Source: Dehalococcoidia bacterium (GTDB lineage: Bacteria > Chloroflexota > Dehalococcoidia > Bin125). From it: a stretch of DNA of 64,000 nt. Within the stretch, counting starts at the first letter, position 1. Each line of letters starts with the position of its first letter. The DNA lies in assembly GCA_963662615.2 (NCBI GenBank), contig CAXXSR010000001.1:352001-416000 (forward strand), in the 5' to 3' direction. Shown piece after piece: positions 1 to 9,734 of the stretch. The position numbers were made by a program, and so were the translations under genes. Under the pieces are notes generated by a model. That model was not told the DNA's origin. It was given only the letters and a program-made list of their open reading frames with translations, and made no database searches.

Positions 1-216
1 GTCAAGGTCTTGCGGAGGCGAATGCAGTTCATCCGAGACGCCCATGACGAGCGAGACTTCTACGCGATGAAGTCGTTGTATTTCGAGAGGTTGAAAGGGC
101 GGCGGCGCGGCGAGTATTCGATGCGTCTCAATGATCAGATGAGGCTGATTGTGCGTTTGGATGCGCGCTCTGAAAGCAAGACGGTGGTGATCGTTGGAGT
201 TGAGGATTACCACTGA
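1..216 (+). CDS. higB: HigB/RelE-family toxin (plasmid maintenance system killer type), 5'-truncated by window edge
   Basis: C-terminal motif ERLKGRRRGEYSMRLNDQMRLIV...VEDYH is typical of HigB; lies directly upstream of a HigA-like gene. Confidence 0.85.
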   Translation, partial: VKVLRRRMQFIRDAHDERDFYAMKSLYFERLKGRRRGEYSMRLNDQMRLIVRLDARSESKTVVIVGVEDYH

Positions 217-233
217 AGGTTAGGAGGCGGCCG

Positions 234-1379
234 ATGACCGATACGCCAGCAGCCGAAACCTTCGCGCCGGGCGAGTACATTCGCGAGGAGCTGGAGGCTC
301 GCGGTTGGACGCAGACCGATCTCGCGGAGATTCTGGGTCGCCCCTTCCGTGTCGTGAACGAAATCATCGGCGGCAAGCGGCGCATCACACCCGAAACCGC
401 CAAAGGGCTCAGCGATGCGTTCGGCACGACCCCGCAGCTTTGGTTGAACCTCGAAGCGACACATCAGCTTGCGCAGATCGATGCGCCGGATCGCGATGTC
501 GCACGGCGCGCGTTGCTGTACACAATGGCCCCGATCAAGCCGATGGTGAAACGGCGCTGGATCGAGCACTCCGACGACGCGGAGATTCTTGAGCAGCGCC
601 TGGTCGAGTTCTTCGAAATCAACGACATGAGCGAGACACCCGAGTTCTGGACACACGCTGCGCGGAAATCGACGCAATACGGCGAAGTTACCCCAGAGCA
701 ACTGGCCTGGTTGTTTAGGGCCAGGCAGCTTGCGTCCGCGATACCGGTGAAGTCGTTCTCGGCATCAAAGCTTGAGAAGGCGACCGGTGAGCTGCGCATC
801 GCCGCCGAGCACATTGAGGAGATTCGCCGAGTGCCAACCATCTTGGCTGAGGCGGGTGTGCGGCTCCTGATCGTGGAGCCACTGCCGATGTCGCGTATCG
901 ACGGGGCGTGCTTCTGGCTGACCCGGCGGTCGCCGGTTGTGGTCCTATCGCTGCGCTTCGACCGCCTTGACTACTTCTGGCACACGCTCATGCATGAACT
1001 TGGGCACGTGTACAACCGAGATGGCCTGGACAACGACCATAGGGCTCTTGACCTCAATTTACTCAGTCCGAGCAACGTGGATCCGGACGAACGACCGGAG
1101 TTCGAACAGGCTGCGGATGAGTTCGCGGTAGCGGCGCTGATCTCGCAGGACAGCCTGGACGACTTCATCCTCCGAACGAAACCGCTCTACGCAAAGAAGA
1201 AGATCAGAGCCTTCGCGAAGCTGGCGCAGGTTCATCCGGGGATCATTGTTGGACAACTCCAGCATCGCGGCGAGATCAGCTACGCCCACAGTCGCGAGAT
1301 GCTGGAGAAGGTGCGAAGCGTCATCACGCAGGTCACGCTCACGGATGGCTGGGGCCAGGAGCTGCCCTCAACCGTGTGA
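234..1379 (+). CDS. higA: HigA-family HTH antitoxin fused to ImmA/IrrE-type Zn metallopeptidase domain
   Basis: N-terminal PGEYIREELEARGWTQTDLA...ITPETA...LWLNL HigA HTH; HELGH (HExxH) in C-terminal half; AGGAGG RBS. Confidence 0.88.
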   Translation: MTDTPAAETFAPGEYIREELEARGWTQTDLAEILGRPFRVVNEIIGGKRRITPETAKGLSDAFGTTPQLWLNLEATHQLAQIDAPDRDVARRALLYTMAPIKPMVKRRWIEHSDDAEILEQRLVEFFEINDMSETPEFWTHAARKSTQYGEVTPEQLAWLFRARQLASAIPVKSFSASKLEKATGELRIAAEHIEEIRRVPTILAEAGVRLLIVEPLPMSRIDGACFWLTRRSPVVVLSLRFDRLDYFWHTLMHELGHVYNRDGLDNDHRALDLNLLSPSNVDPDERPEFEQAADEFAVAALISQDSLDDFILRTKPLYAKKKIRAFAKLAQVHPGIIVGQLQHRGEISYAHSREMLEKVRSVITQVTLTDGWGQELPSTV

Positions 1380-1398
1380 GCGGGAAGGGACCGGTCAG

Positions 1399-1878
1399 AT
1401 GCCGAACACCAAGACGAATGCCTGGCATGCCCATCAGCAGATCGTGCACGACTACCAGGACTCTGGACTCCCGTGGCCCGCGACAGCGAGGCAGATCGCA
1501 TCCTTTGCGATCGAAACTGACCGGTGGCGCCCGCAGCACTCACTGCTTGTCGGGCAATGTGCTGAAGAGCTCTCTAGGGCCATGCGGGAGGAGTATTTCA
1601 TTGACCCGCAAGGCCGCTCCGTCAGGGCAAAGCACGCTGTCCGCACCAAGAAGGACGGTCACCAGGTATCCCTCTGGGGTGACTGGCGCACGGCTCCCCG
1701 TGAGTTCATGCAGGCCGCGTTCGCCCAGCGTCGCCAGCAGATCGTCGGGGATTGCCATCGCCTGAAGATCGATGTGGATAGCTATAACGAAAACCGCTCC
1801 CCAGAGCAGCCGATCCAGATGGTCTTCGACTTCAGCGATGACCTAGCGGAGCTCAAGGCCTTTGACGAAGCGAGCTAG
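1399..1878 (+). CDS. Conserved hypothetical protein, third gene of the higBA operon
   Basis: ATG 19 nt after higA stop, with GAAGGGA upstream; normal globular composition (159 aa). Confidence 0.7.
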   Translation: MPNTKTNAWHAHQQIVHDYQDSGLPWPATARQIASFAIETDRWRPQHSLLVGQCAEELSRAMREEYFIDPQGRSVRAKHAVRTKKDGHQVSLWGDWRTAPREFMQAAFAQRRQQIVGDCHRLKIDVDSYNENRSPEQPIQMVFDFSDDLAELKAFDEAS

Positions 1879-2111
1879 GGCGCTTCTCGCTTCGTCCACC
1901 GCGCCCGCGCCGCTCGCTGCGGGAACTTCGACCGCTGCTTCTTGCTCAGCTTCGCCGCCCGCGCTGGCCCGCCCTTCTTGCCGCCCAGCCGGCCGAGCAG
2001 CCGGGCGGCATTCTTCGCCTTGTCCGGCGTGGCCTCCGGCTCCTCGTTGGTCACCTGGCGGATGGCGGGAGCGGGCGGCGGCGGTCGTTGCGGCGGGTCG
2101 GCGGAAGGCAT
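1875..2111 (-). CDS. Small basic protein with LGRLGGKKGGPARAAKLS...AARARW motif
   Basis: Motif matches a small basic protein family I recall from transposon/prophage-like islands; N-terminus looks degenerate. Confidence 0.6.
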   Translation of the reverse strand: MPSADPPQRPPPPAPAIRQVTNEEPEATPDKAKNAARLLGRLGGKKGGPARAAKLSKKQRSKFPQRAARARWTKREAP

Positions 2112-2164
2112 GCGCTGCTCAACCTCATTTCCGTGCGCGCCGGTTCGGAAGCAGGCCCTGCCAG

Positions 2165-2821
2165 CTACAGCTCCACGGGCGTGCGGCTGGCGAAGCGGTA
2201 GAGGCGCGCTGGCCGGTGTGGGCCCGCTTTGACGGTGCGGTTGGTCGCGACGAGCAGATCGGAGGCGAGCATGCGTCGGCGGAAGTTTCGCTTGTCGAGG
2301 TGGCGGCCGAGGATGCTGGCATAGACGTCTTGCAGCTGCGTGAGGGTGAAGAACTCCGGCAAGAGGCTGTAGGCGGCGTTGGTGTACTCCAGCTTGTTGA
2401 TGAGCCGCCGGCGGGCGGTCTCCAGCACGCGATCGTTGTGCAGGGCCAGGACCGGCAGGTCCGACATGGAGAACCAGGCGGGCCGCCAGGCCGAGCGTTG
2501 GGCCAAGCGGACGCGGTCGTGGCTGACCAGGGCGAAATAGGTCGCCGCCACCGAGCCGCCCGGCGACGTCTCATCGAGGTCGCTGAAGGTGTAGAGCTGC
2601 TCCAAGAACACATCCGTGACGCCGGTCTCCTCGGCCAGCTTGCGGATGGCGGCGCCCTCCAGGGACTCGTCCAGGGCGAGGGCGCCGCCGGGAATGGCCC
2701 AGGTGCCCTCGTCCGGGGGGGCGGAGCGGTGAATGAGGAGGACGCGCAGGTCGCCCTCCACGACGCTGAAGATGACAACGAGGGCGGCGACCGTGGGCCG
2801 GGAGGCGGCTCTGCGGGGCAT
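2165..2821 (-). CDS. NrtR-family NUDIX plus winged-helix regulator (currently in frame with miaB)
   Basis: WAIPGG...AAIRKLAEETG Nudix box, LEQLYTF, FTLTQLQDVY...DKRNFRR, RPARLYRF; own ATG at 2821. Confidence 0.85.
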   Translation of the reverse strand: MPRRAASRPTVAALVVIFSVVEGDLRVLLIHRSAPPDEGTWAIPGGALALDESLEGAAIRKLAEETGVTDVFLEQLYTFSDLDETSPGGSVAATYFALVSHDRVRLAQRSAWRPAWFSMSDLPVLALHNDRVLETARRRLINKLEYTNAAYSLLPEFFTLTQLQDVYASILGRHLDKRNFRRRMLASDLLVATNRTVKAGPHRPARLYRFASRTPVEL

Positions 2822-4318
2822 GGCGATCAGCGAGTGACGCCGGCTCCCTCGCCGCGGGGGGAGCGCTCGTCGGGTGCGGGGGCGTCGGGTGCGGAGGCGT
2901 CGGGTGCGGAGGCGTCGGGTGCGGAGGCGTCGGGTGCGGAGGCGTGCGAGTTGCCCTTGCAGCGCCCAGGGACCGGCCTGCGTCACGCGCACGTCCACCA
3001 AGGAGCCGATGGGGACGGCGTCGCGCGGCGCGTCGAAGTGGACCAGCTTGGCGCCGCGGGTGCGTCCGGTCAGCCGCTCCAGGCCGGCGCGATCGCCCGC
3101 CTTGCGCTCCTCCACCAGCACCTCCACGACATGGGCCTGCAGGGCCGAGTTGATCTCGTAGGCGATCCCTCGTTGCAGATCCTCAACGGCGTGGAGCCGC
3201 TGCATCTTGACCTCCTGGGGCACGTCGTCGGGCTGATTGCGCTCGGCGAAGGTGCCGGCGCGAGGGCTGTAGGCGGCGACGTGGACCTTGTCGAAGCGGA
3301 GCCGTGCCAGCAGGTCGTGGCTGCGCCGGAACTGCGCTTCACTCTCGCCGGGAAAGCCGACGATCACGTCGGTGCTGATCCCCGCCGCCGGCATCAGGCG
3401 CCGGACCCGCTGCACCCGCTCGACGAACTGCGAGACGGAGTAGCCCCGGCGCATGGCGGTGAGGATCTCGTCGTCGCCGGACTGGACCGGGAGCGAGAAG
3501 GAGTCGCACACCTTGGGCAGCGAGGCCATGCCCTCCAGGATGCGGTCCGTCATGTCGGGCGGGTAGGAGGTGAGGGCGCGGATGCGGTGGAGGCCGGGCA
3601 GGTCGTGGATGGCGGCCATGAGGTCGAAGAGATCGGCGTGGGCGGTGGCGGCGTCGACGGGGGGCTGGTCCTTGCCGTAGGCCTCCACGGTCTGGCCCAG
3701 CAGGGTGACCTCGCGGGCGCCGCGGGCGACGTGCGCCTCGACCTCGCGCTTGACCTCGTCGATGGGGCGGCTGCGCTCGCGGCCGCGCCGCAGCGGGACG
3801 ATGCAGTAGGTGCAGAACTTGTCGCAGCCTTCGATCACGGGGACGAAGGCGGTGGGTTTGGCGCCGGTGGGCTTGGCGCCGGCGGGCTCTGTTTCTGCTG
3901 ACGGTGTGTCTGCCGACTGTGTTTCTCCAGAAAGCGCCGCGGGCCAGAACTCACCGCCGAGGTCTTGGTCGGGGAGATCGAGGACGGCGATGACGTCGTC
4001 GAAGCGCTGCGGCTGCGCGAAGACGTCGACGTAGGGGAAGCGTTCTTGTAGCTGCTGGGTGCGGGGGCCGACCATGCAGCCCATGACCGCGATCTTGAGG
4101 GCGGGGTTGCGCCGCTTGAGGTAGGCCATGGCGTCCAGCTTGGCGGCGGCACGGTCCTCCGCCTGCTGACGCACGGCGCAGGTGTTGACGACGATGAAGT
4201 CGGCGTCGTCGGGGCGGTCGGTGGCGTCCCAGCCCAAGCGGCGCAGCCCGGCGGCCAGCTTGCCGCTGTCGGCCATGTTGACCTGGCAGCCCACGGTCCA
4301 AATGTGATACGTGCTCAT
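2822..4318 (-). CDS. miaB: tRNA-2-methylthio-N6-dimethylallyladenosine synthase MiaB (no stop before nrtR)
   Basis: TVGCQVNMADS, VNTCAVR, GCM, radical SAM motif GCDKFCTYC, DVIVGFPGE, C-terminal TRAM domain. Confidence 0.92.
2867..2946. repeat. 15-bp tandem repeat (GCGGAGGCGTCGGGT) x~5 at the miaB/nrtR junction
   Basis: Seen directly in sequence. Confidence 0.9.
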
Positions 4319-4515
4319 GGCGTCCTTGTGGAGCCGCCCCGCGGGGCAGGACGGGCCCTTCGATAGGCTCCTTCTGCTGCGCGAAGGACAGGTCAGGGTG
4401 AGCGGATGACCTCACCGCCCGACCCCCTCTCCATCGCAGCGCGTTGGAGAGGGGGAGGTGGACATCAACCTTCGGCCCGCCGGCAAGTGCAGGACAGGCG
4501 GAAGCGCGTCGCCGC

Positions 4516-4605
4516 TGGCGGAGGGTGAGGGATTCGAACCCTCGACCGGGTTACCCCGGAACCCGCTTAGCAGGCGGGCGCACTAGGCCACTATGCGAAC
4601 CCTCC
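4516..4605 (-). tRNA. tRNA-Ser(GCT)
   Basis: Reverse complement GGAGGGT...CCCGC-CT-GCT-AA-GCGGG, long variable arm, GGTTCGAATCC, ACCCTCC-G-CCA; TAGGAT -10-like box 6 nt upstream. Confidence 0.95.
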
Positions 4606-4736
4606 GCCGCGATCCTACCAGTGCGTGTACCAGCGCGCGGCGCAGGTCGGTCGAACGGCGGCGGCGGCGCCAGCGGTCGCAGAGGGGCCGTGTTGCGGGA
4701 TCAAACGGCAGCTACCATGCGGGGCGGGAGGCGCGT

Positions 4737-5510
4737 GTGGTCCGAAATCCTATCGTGGCGCTCGCGGGTCGCCGCCGACTGGGGGCGGTCGCCATTGTGA
4801 CGCTGGCCGCGATCCTGGTCGGCGCTTGCGGCGGCGATGACGGAGCGGCGCCCTCGCAGGCAGCGCCCGAGCCGGCAGTGCCCGCGCCGGCGGCGGCGGC
4901 CGTTGAGCGCGTGACCCTGCGGACCGACGACGGCGTCACAATCGTGGGTGAGGTGCGACGCGGCGACGCGGTGTGGCTGCTGCTGGGCCATCAGAACGGC
5001 CGCGATCGGCGGGCGTGGGAGCCGCTGGCGCAGCCGCTCCACGCCGACGGCTTCAGCGTCCTGGCCTGGGACTTCCGCGGCTTCGGCGAGTCCGACGACG
5101 GCGAATTGGGCGACATCTGGGTCGATTGGCTGGCGGCGATCGACTTCGCCGTCGCGGAGGGGGCGACGACGGTGGTCGCGGTAGGGGCGAGCATGGGCGG
5201 CACCGCTGTGATGACGGCGGCGGTGCGCGAGGCGGTCACCGGGGTGGTGATGATCTCGGCGCCGAAGGAGTTTCAGGGGCTGGACGCGGTGGCGAGAGCG
5301 GGCCGGGTCAAGGCGCCGCTGCTCTTGATTGCGGGAAACGACGACGGGGACGCGGTGGAGGACGCCGAGGAGATCGAGGCGGCGGCCGCGGGCACGGCGC
5401 AAGTGGAGGTTTTGGACACCGGTTTGCACGGCAACGCTCTGGCGGCGTCGAACGAGTTCCGGGAGCGGATCTTGGAATTGGTTCGCGGCTTCGTGGCGGA
5501 CGTGCGGTGA
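4737..5510 (+). CDS. Alpha/beta hydrolase lipoprotein
   Basis: Lipobox LVGAC, DFRGFGES, GASMGG nucleophile elbow, C-terminal His; GTG start after GGGAGG. Confidence 0.8.
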   Translation: MVRNPIVALAGRRRLGAVAIVTLAAILVGACGGDDGAAPSQAAPEPAVPAPAAAAVERVTLRTDDGVTIVGEVRRGDAVWLLLGHQNGRDRRAWEPLAQPLHADGFSVLAWDFRGFGESDDGELGDIWVDWLAAIDFAVAEGATTVVAVGASMGGTAVMTAAVREAVTGVVMISAPKEFQGLDAVARAGRVKAPLLLIAGNDDGDAVEDAEEIEAAAAGTAQVEVLDTGLHGNALAASNEFRERILELVRGFVADVR

Positions 5511-5561
5511 CGGCAGCGCAGTGGGCGGGCGCGGGCGGCGTGACGGGGCCAGAGGAGTGCG

Positions 5562-6044
5562 ATGCAGGTCAGCGCTGAAGTGGTCATCCAGCGACCGGTC
5601 GCGGAGGTGTTCGCGTACGTGGCGGACCTGCAGAACGCGGTGGAATGGGCCCCGGGGGTGCTGGAGGCCGCCCGGACTCGGGGGGAGCCGGGAGAGCGCG
5701 GGACGATCTACGACATGCTGGTGCGGGAAGGGAAGCGGTCCGTCGCATATCGCATGCAGGTGCTGGAGGTTGAAGTGGATCGTCGCTTCAGGTACCGCGC
5801 CAGCAACGAGCAGGCGGGGGCGCGGGGAGGAGATACGATCTACGACTTCGCCGGCGCCGGTCGCGATACGAGAGTGAGGCGGACGACGCTGTGGGAGGCG
5901 CCGCCGCTGGTGCGCGCGTTCGCGCCGCTGATCGAGTGGCGGGCGCGGCGGCCGGTGTGGCGGCACCTGGACGAGCTGAAGCGGCATCTGGAGTCGGGCG
6001 GGGGCGCCGGTGGCGGCAGTGGAACGAGCGAGCGGCAAGACTGA
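5562..6044 (+). CDS. SRPBCC/polyketide cyclase family protein
   Basis: VIQRPVAEVFAYVADLQNAVEW at N-terminus; LDELKRHLE at C-terminus. Confidence 0.8.
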   Translation: MQVSAEVVIQRPVAEVFAYVADLQNAVEWAPGVLEAARTRGEPGERGTIYDMLVREGKRSVAYRMQVLEVEVDRRFRYRASNEQAGARGGDTIYDFAGAGRDTRVRRTTLWEAPPLVRAFAPLIEWRARRPVWRHLDELKRHLESGGGAGGGSGTSERQD

Positions 6045-6062
6045 CGAAGTCGAGGTGCGGCG

Positions 6063-7181
6063 ATGACGGTGATCCGGGCGGCGTTGTGGCGGATGGCGGT
6101 GATGGTATTGCTGCCGGCGACGGTGGCGACTGTGACGGTGGCGTCTGGGACGGTGGCGTCTGGGACGGTGGCGCCGGTGGCGGCGCAGGAGGGCGAGGGC
6201 CCGGCCGAGCTGGCGACCGATCTGGTTCCACCCTGGAATTTCGTGACGGCGACGGAGGCTGGGTCGGTCGATGAAGTTTTCACCGGGACCGTATACGTGG
6301 AGGCCGTGTTCCGGTGGGACGCGTCGCGGGAGGCGTTTGACAGCTGGCAGAAGGCGTTGCCGGCGTCGCTGAATTCGTTGCCGTCGGTGGAGCGCGGCGA
6401 CGCGCTGTGGGTACGAGTGGGCCTGGCGGAGACGTGGCGGCAGGCGGATGCGCCGGCAGCGCGCCCTGTCGATTTCGTTCAAGGCTGGAATACCTTCGGC
6501 TGGACGGGGCCGAATAGCGGCGCGAGCGAAGTGGCGTCGCTGCTGGGCGCCGACGTGGTGATCGGCTACGACGCGGCGTCGCAGGCGTTTCTGCGCTACG
6601 CGGTGGAGGGGCCGTCGTTTCTCAACAGCTTGGTGACGGTGCGTCATGGTGACGGGCTGTGGGCGTTCCTGAGCGCGCCCGGCAGCGCGACGATCCCGGC
6701 CTCGGGCGCGCCCAGCGCCAACGGCGACGTGATAGAAGAGGAGCCGGTGCCCATGGAGTTGACCAGCGCGGCCTTCGGTCCCAATGAGACGATCCCGTCG
6801 CAGTACACGTGTGACGGCGCCGATCTGTCGCCGCCGCTGACGCTGTCGGGCATTCCCGCCGACGCGGTGAGCCTGGCCCTGATCATGGACGACCCCGACG
6901 CGCCGGGCGGGACGTGGGTGCACTGGGTGGAGTTCAACATCGCGCCGCGGACGCAGATCCCAACGGGCGCGGGCGTGCTGGGGACGCAGGGGCGCAACAG
7001 CTTCGGCACGACGGGCTACGGCGGCCCGTGCCCGCCGTCGGGGACGCATCGCTATTTCTTCACGGTGTACGCCCTCTCGGCGGAGCTGGAGCTGGCCGGG
7101 GGCGCGACCAAGGCGCAGGTGCTGGCGGCGATGGAGGGGCTGGTGCTGGCGCAGGCGGAGCTGATCGGGCTCTTTCGCTAA
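6063..7181 (+). CDS. Secreted protein: N-terminal unnamed surface module plus YbhB/YbcL (PEBP) domain
   Basis: Signal-like N-terminus; YTCDGADLSPPL, MDDPDAP, WVHWV, YGGPCPP, HRYFFTVYAL. Confidence 0.85.
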   Translation: MTVIRAALWRMAVMVLLPATVATVTVASGTVASGTVAPVAAQEGEGPAELATDLVPPWNFVTATEAGSVDEVFTGTVYVEAVFRWDASREAFDSWQKALPASLNSLPSVERGDALWVRVGLAETWRQADAPAARPVDFVQGWNTFGWTGPNSGASEVASLLGADVVIGYDAASQAFLRYAVEGPSFLNSLVTVRHGDGLWAFLSAPGSATIPASGAPSANGDVIEEEPVPMELTSAAFGPNETIPSQYTCDGADLSPPLTLSGIPADAVSLALIMDDPDAPGGTWVHWVEFNIAPRTQIPTGAGVLGTQGRNSFGTTGYGGPCPPSGTHRYFFTVYALSAELELAGGATKAQVLAAMEGLVLAQAELIGLFR

Positions 7182-7686
7182 TTGTTAATGTTGGCCGTCG
7201 CGGCGTCGGGGCGGGGTTCGCGTGGCGCGTAGCGCCGGCGGGGTTCTTTTGTGTCTCCTTCGATCGGTGCGGCTCCAGATGGGGGTGGGCCCTTGTGTGT
7301 GTCGCGGTTGTCGGGAGGGGGACAGAAAGGGACAGGTTGCGGACAGGATCGGGCCGGGGAGGGGACGGGGGCGGGACGCCGAGCGCGTCCAGGAGGGTCC
7401 CAAGTGGAGTGGGCAGTGCGCGGGGCGCGGCGGGGACGGGGAGGGGCCAGGCCCGCTCCAGGAGCCGGCGGGCGTGGAGGAGGTCGCGGGTGGCGGCGTC
7501 GGTCTGGATCCGGGCGAGGCGGTCGAGGTCGCGGGTGATGGTGCGCTCGCTGACGTGGAGGGCGCGGGCGATGGCACATCGGGTCCAGCGGCGGCGTCGG
7601 AGGGCGTGGACGCGCTCGAGTCGGGTGAGGAGGGGGCGGTCGGTGTGCCAGGCGGGGCGGCCGTGGGGGTGGAAGGTTGGCAGCAT
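7060..7686 (-). CDS. Putative small HTH protein; C-terminal part probably non-functional read-through
   Basis: IARALHVSERTITRDL HTH motif; TGcTATACT 5 nt upstream of ATG; Pro-rich tail overlaps the convergent gene. Confidence 0.4.
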   Translation of the reverse strand: MLPTFHPHGRPAWHTDRPLLTRLERVHALRRRRWTRCAIARALHVSERTITRDLDRLARIQTDAATRDLLHARRLLERAWPLPVPAAPRALPTPLGTLLDALGVPPPSPPRPDPVRNLSLSVPLPTTATHTRAHPHLEPHRSKETQKNPAGATRHANPAPTPRRPTLTISERARSAPPAPAPAPPSPPAPAPWSRPRPAPAPPRGRTP

Positions 7687-7828
7687 GGCTTAGTATAGCA
7701 CGCGCATCGCGGGTTGGGGAGGGGGGGGATCCCGAAGCGGCAGCTTGTGTGCGTGGCGCTGGCTAGCATTCGACGGAAGGGCGGCGTGTCCGGGACAAGT
7801 CGGCGTTGCCGGGGAGGCGTGGAGAAAC

Positions 7829-8497
7829 ATGGGGATCTTAGGAAGCCTTTTCGGACGCGGCGACCGCGGAGCTTCGGCCGTCCGAGTTCGGGGGGACGAA
7901 TTCCTGAGTCAGGTGTATGAAGAGGCGTACAGCAGTCTCGATGCAGGTGAAATCGAGGACGTGTACCGCGCGGCGATCTCTGGTAGCACCGTGGTGTCGA
8001 CGGGGTTGCTGGCCAATGATCCCCTTCTTGCTGAACTCTGGGGTGAAGGAAATCTCGTTAAGGCAAGAGCAATCATTGGGGTATGGACCTCGATCATCGC
8101 CCATATCCTTCTGCAGAATGAAGCGAATCAAGATGCGGTGGTCGAGGGCATTGGCAAGGCGACGGCGTCGCTGTTCGGAACGGAAGCTGGTGCAACATTG
8201 CGGGAGCTTCGGGCGTGCAGCATTCAGCACGTCGCAGACCAAGAGACGCGAAAATCACGAGGCGTCCCCAGCTATGAGTACAGCTTGATCTACCTGCGCT
8301 GCCTCAAAGCGCTGGGTAAGCAAGTGCCTGACTTCGGCGATATTCCCGTGCCGATCCCGTCGATGGCGGAGGTTTTTGCAAAGTTTCCGGGGATTTCGGG
8401 CGCAGATCTTGGTTTCGAGAGTGTGATGCTCATGCCGGCGATGATTGGGAGCGGTGCACGGACCGCGCGCGACATTTTCGATTCACTGCGGGCCTGA
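7829..8497 (+). CDS. Hypothetical protein (atypical codon usage)
   Basis: GGAG RBS, MGILGSLFG start, uninterrupted 222-aa ORF. Confidence 0.6.
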   Translation: MGILGSLFGRGDRGASAVRVRGDEFLSQVYEEAYSSLDAGEIEDVYRAAISGSTVVSTGLLANDPLLAELWGEGNLVKARAIIGVWTSIIAHILLQNEANQDAVVEGIGKATASLFGTEAGATLRELRACSIQHVADQETRKSRGVPSYEYSLIYLRCLKALGKQVPDFGDIPVPIPSMAEVFAKFPGISGADLGFESVMLMPAMIGSGARTARDIFDSLRA

Positions 8498-8699
8498 CAA
8501 GAGAACGCTAATCGGGATAGCTCAAGTCACGTGAGGTCCTGACGGACGACAGCATTCACCGGACCCAGTGGCGTCGGGGGCGCAGGGAGCCGCAGGAGGC
8601 CTCCAGTGACCGCGTTTACGGTAGCGGACCCGCCGGTGGTCGACCGGCTTCGAGTCCGTGGGAACAGCGCGACCGTCCGGCCCGTTACGGAGACCTGCC

Positions 8700-8951
8700 T
8701 CATTCGCTCATGAGACGTCGGAACGGAGGATTGATGAGCATCATTAATGGCATGACGATGAAGTAGGCAAGCCCGCCAGCAAACGTCGCAAGAACTGGGC
8801 TGAATACGGCGAGCACCACGGTGAGTGGTACCGGGTCTGACACTGCTAGATAGATGAGAATTGCCAACACTCCGAGGCCAGCCGCGGCGTTGATTACCCA
8901 GACGACGATTAGCCCGGCTCCAGCAAAGAAACGGAAGGTGTCCTCGGTCAT
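8700..8951 (-). CDS. Small two-TM membrane protein
   Basis: Two hydrophobic segments; start uncertain (8951 or 8987). Confidence 0.55.
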   Translation of the reverse strand: MTEDTFRFFAGAGLIVVWVINAAAGLGVLAILIYLAVSDPVPLTVVLAVFSPVLATFAGGLAYFIVMPLMMLINPPFRRLMSE

Positions 8952-8983
8952 GCTTCCGCTCTTACCCCTATCCGTCTGGGCAG

Positions 8984-9511
8984 TCATTCGCCTCGCTCGT
9001 TGTAGCGGGCGATGGCCTGGATGAGCTCCGCCCAGGCACGAACTGCTGCGTCTTGGAGGTCGGCCAACCGGTCGATATCTCGCTCTGTTGGTATCGCACC
9101 CGTCAACAACAGCAGGAATAGGTCGCGCGTCTCCACTATCAGCTGTGCATCTGCAATGAAGACGTCGAGTGTGCGGTTATGAACCTCCTCAAGCAGCTCC
9201 GGTGCTGGCAAGGCACTAAGCTCGGCGATTCTTGCATCAATTCGATCGACGAGATCCGAAACCTCCTCTAACTGCTTGCGTGCTGGCATTCGGCCGGCAA
9301 TGAGGTCATCAACTAGGCGCTGGCCCAACAGGGCGATACTCTCGCTATCTGCTTCGTGCGCATCTCGTAGCTGCACTGATTCCACGATGTATGTGCGCTC
9401 CTCGTCAGTTTGTATGGACGAGCACGCAAATGCTGGTAAGGAAAGAAAAAGTATTGCGGCGAGGATTGCTAGAGAGCGGCGCGGAAGCGCAAGGCTACCG
9501 AGGAATTCCAC
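8984..9511 (-). CDS. Hypothetical helical lipoprotein
   Basis: GAGGT RBS with GTG start; signal peptide ending AFAC. Confidence 0.6.
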   Translation of the reverse strand: MEFLGSLALPRRSLAILAAILFLSLPAFACSSIQTDEERTYIVESVQLRDAHEADSESIALLGQRLVDDLIAGRMPARKQLEEVSDLVDRIDARIAELSALPAPELLEEVHNRTLDVFIADAQLIVETRDLFLLLLTGAIPTERDIDRLADLQDAAVRAWAELIQAIARYNERGE

Positions 9512-9734
9512 TGGCCACCTCGTGCGGATTCTGACAGGGATGTGACACACGTGAAAAGGCAAGCCTGGTAACTCGCCTCTGGTTTGGTACCCAGTGGTGG
9601 TGATCACGCGGCAACGTGGACGCTCTGCTGAGTGGCGGACCTCACTCTCGGGCCCCCTCTCCATCGGGGATGGAGAGGGGGGGCGTTCGCCCTTCGACAA
9701 GCTCAGGGTGAGCGGGTTGGGGCTCGCGGGCTGG

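Noticed and set aside
1862-3901. 679-aa plus-strand ORF
   Set aside because: Antisense shadow of miaB/nrtR, typical of high-GC DNA
4701-7049. 782-aa minus-strand ORF
   Set aside because: Arg/His/Pro-rich shadow of three recognisable plus-strand genes
8500-8699. ncRNA or tRNA-like element (CTTCGAGTCC)
   Set aside because: Only a T-loop-like word; no cloverleaf or supporting stems found
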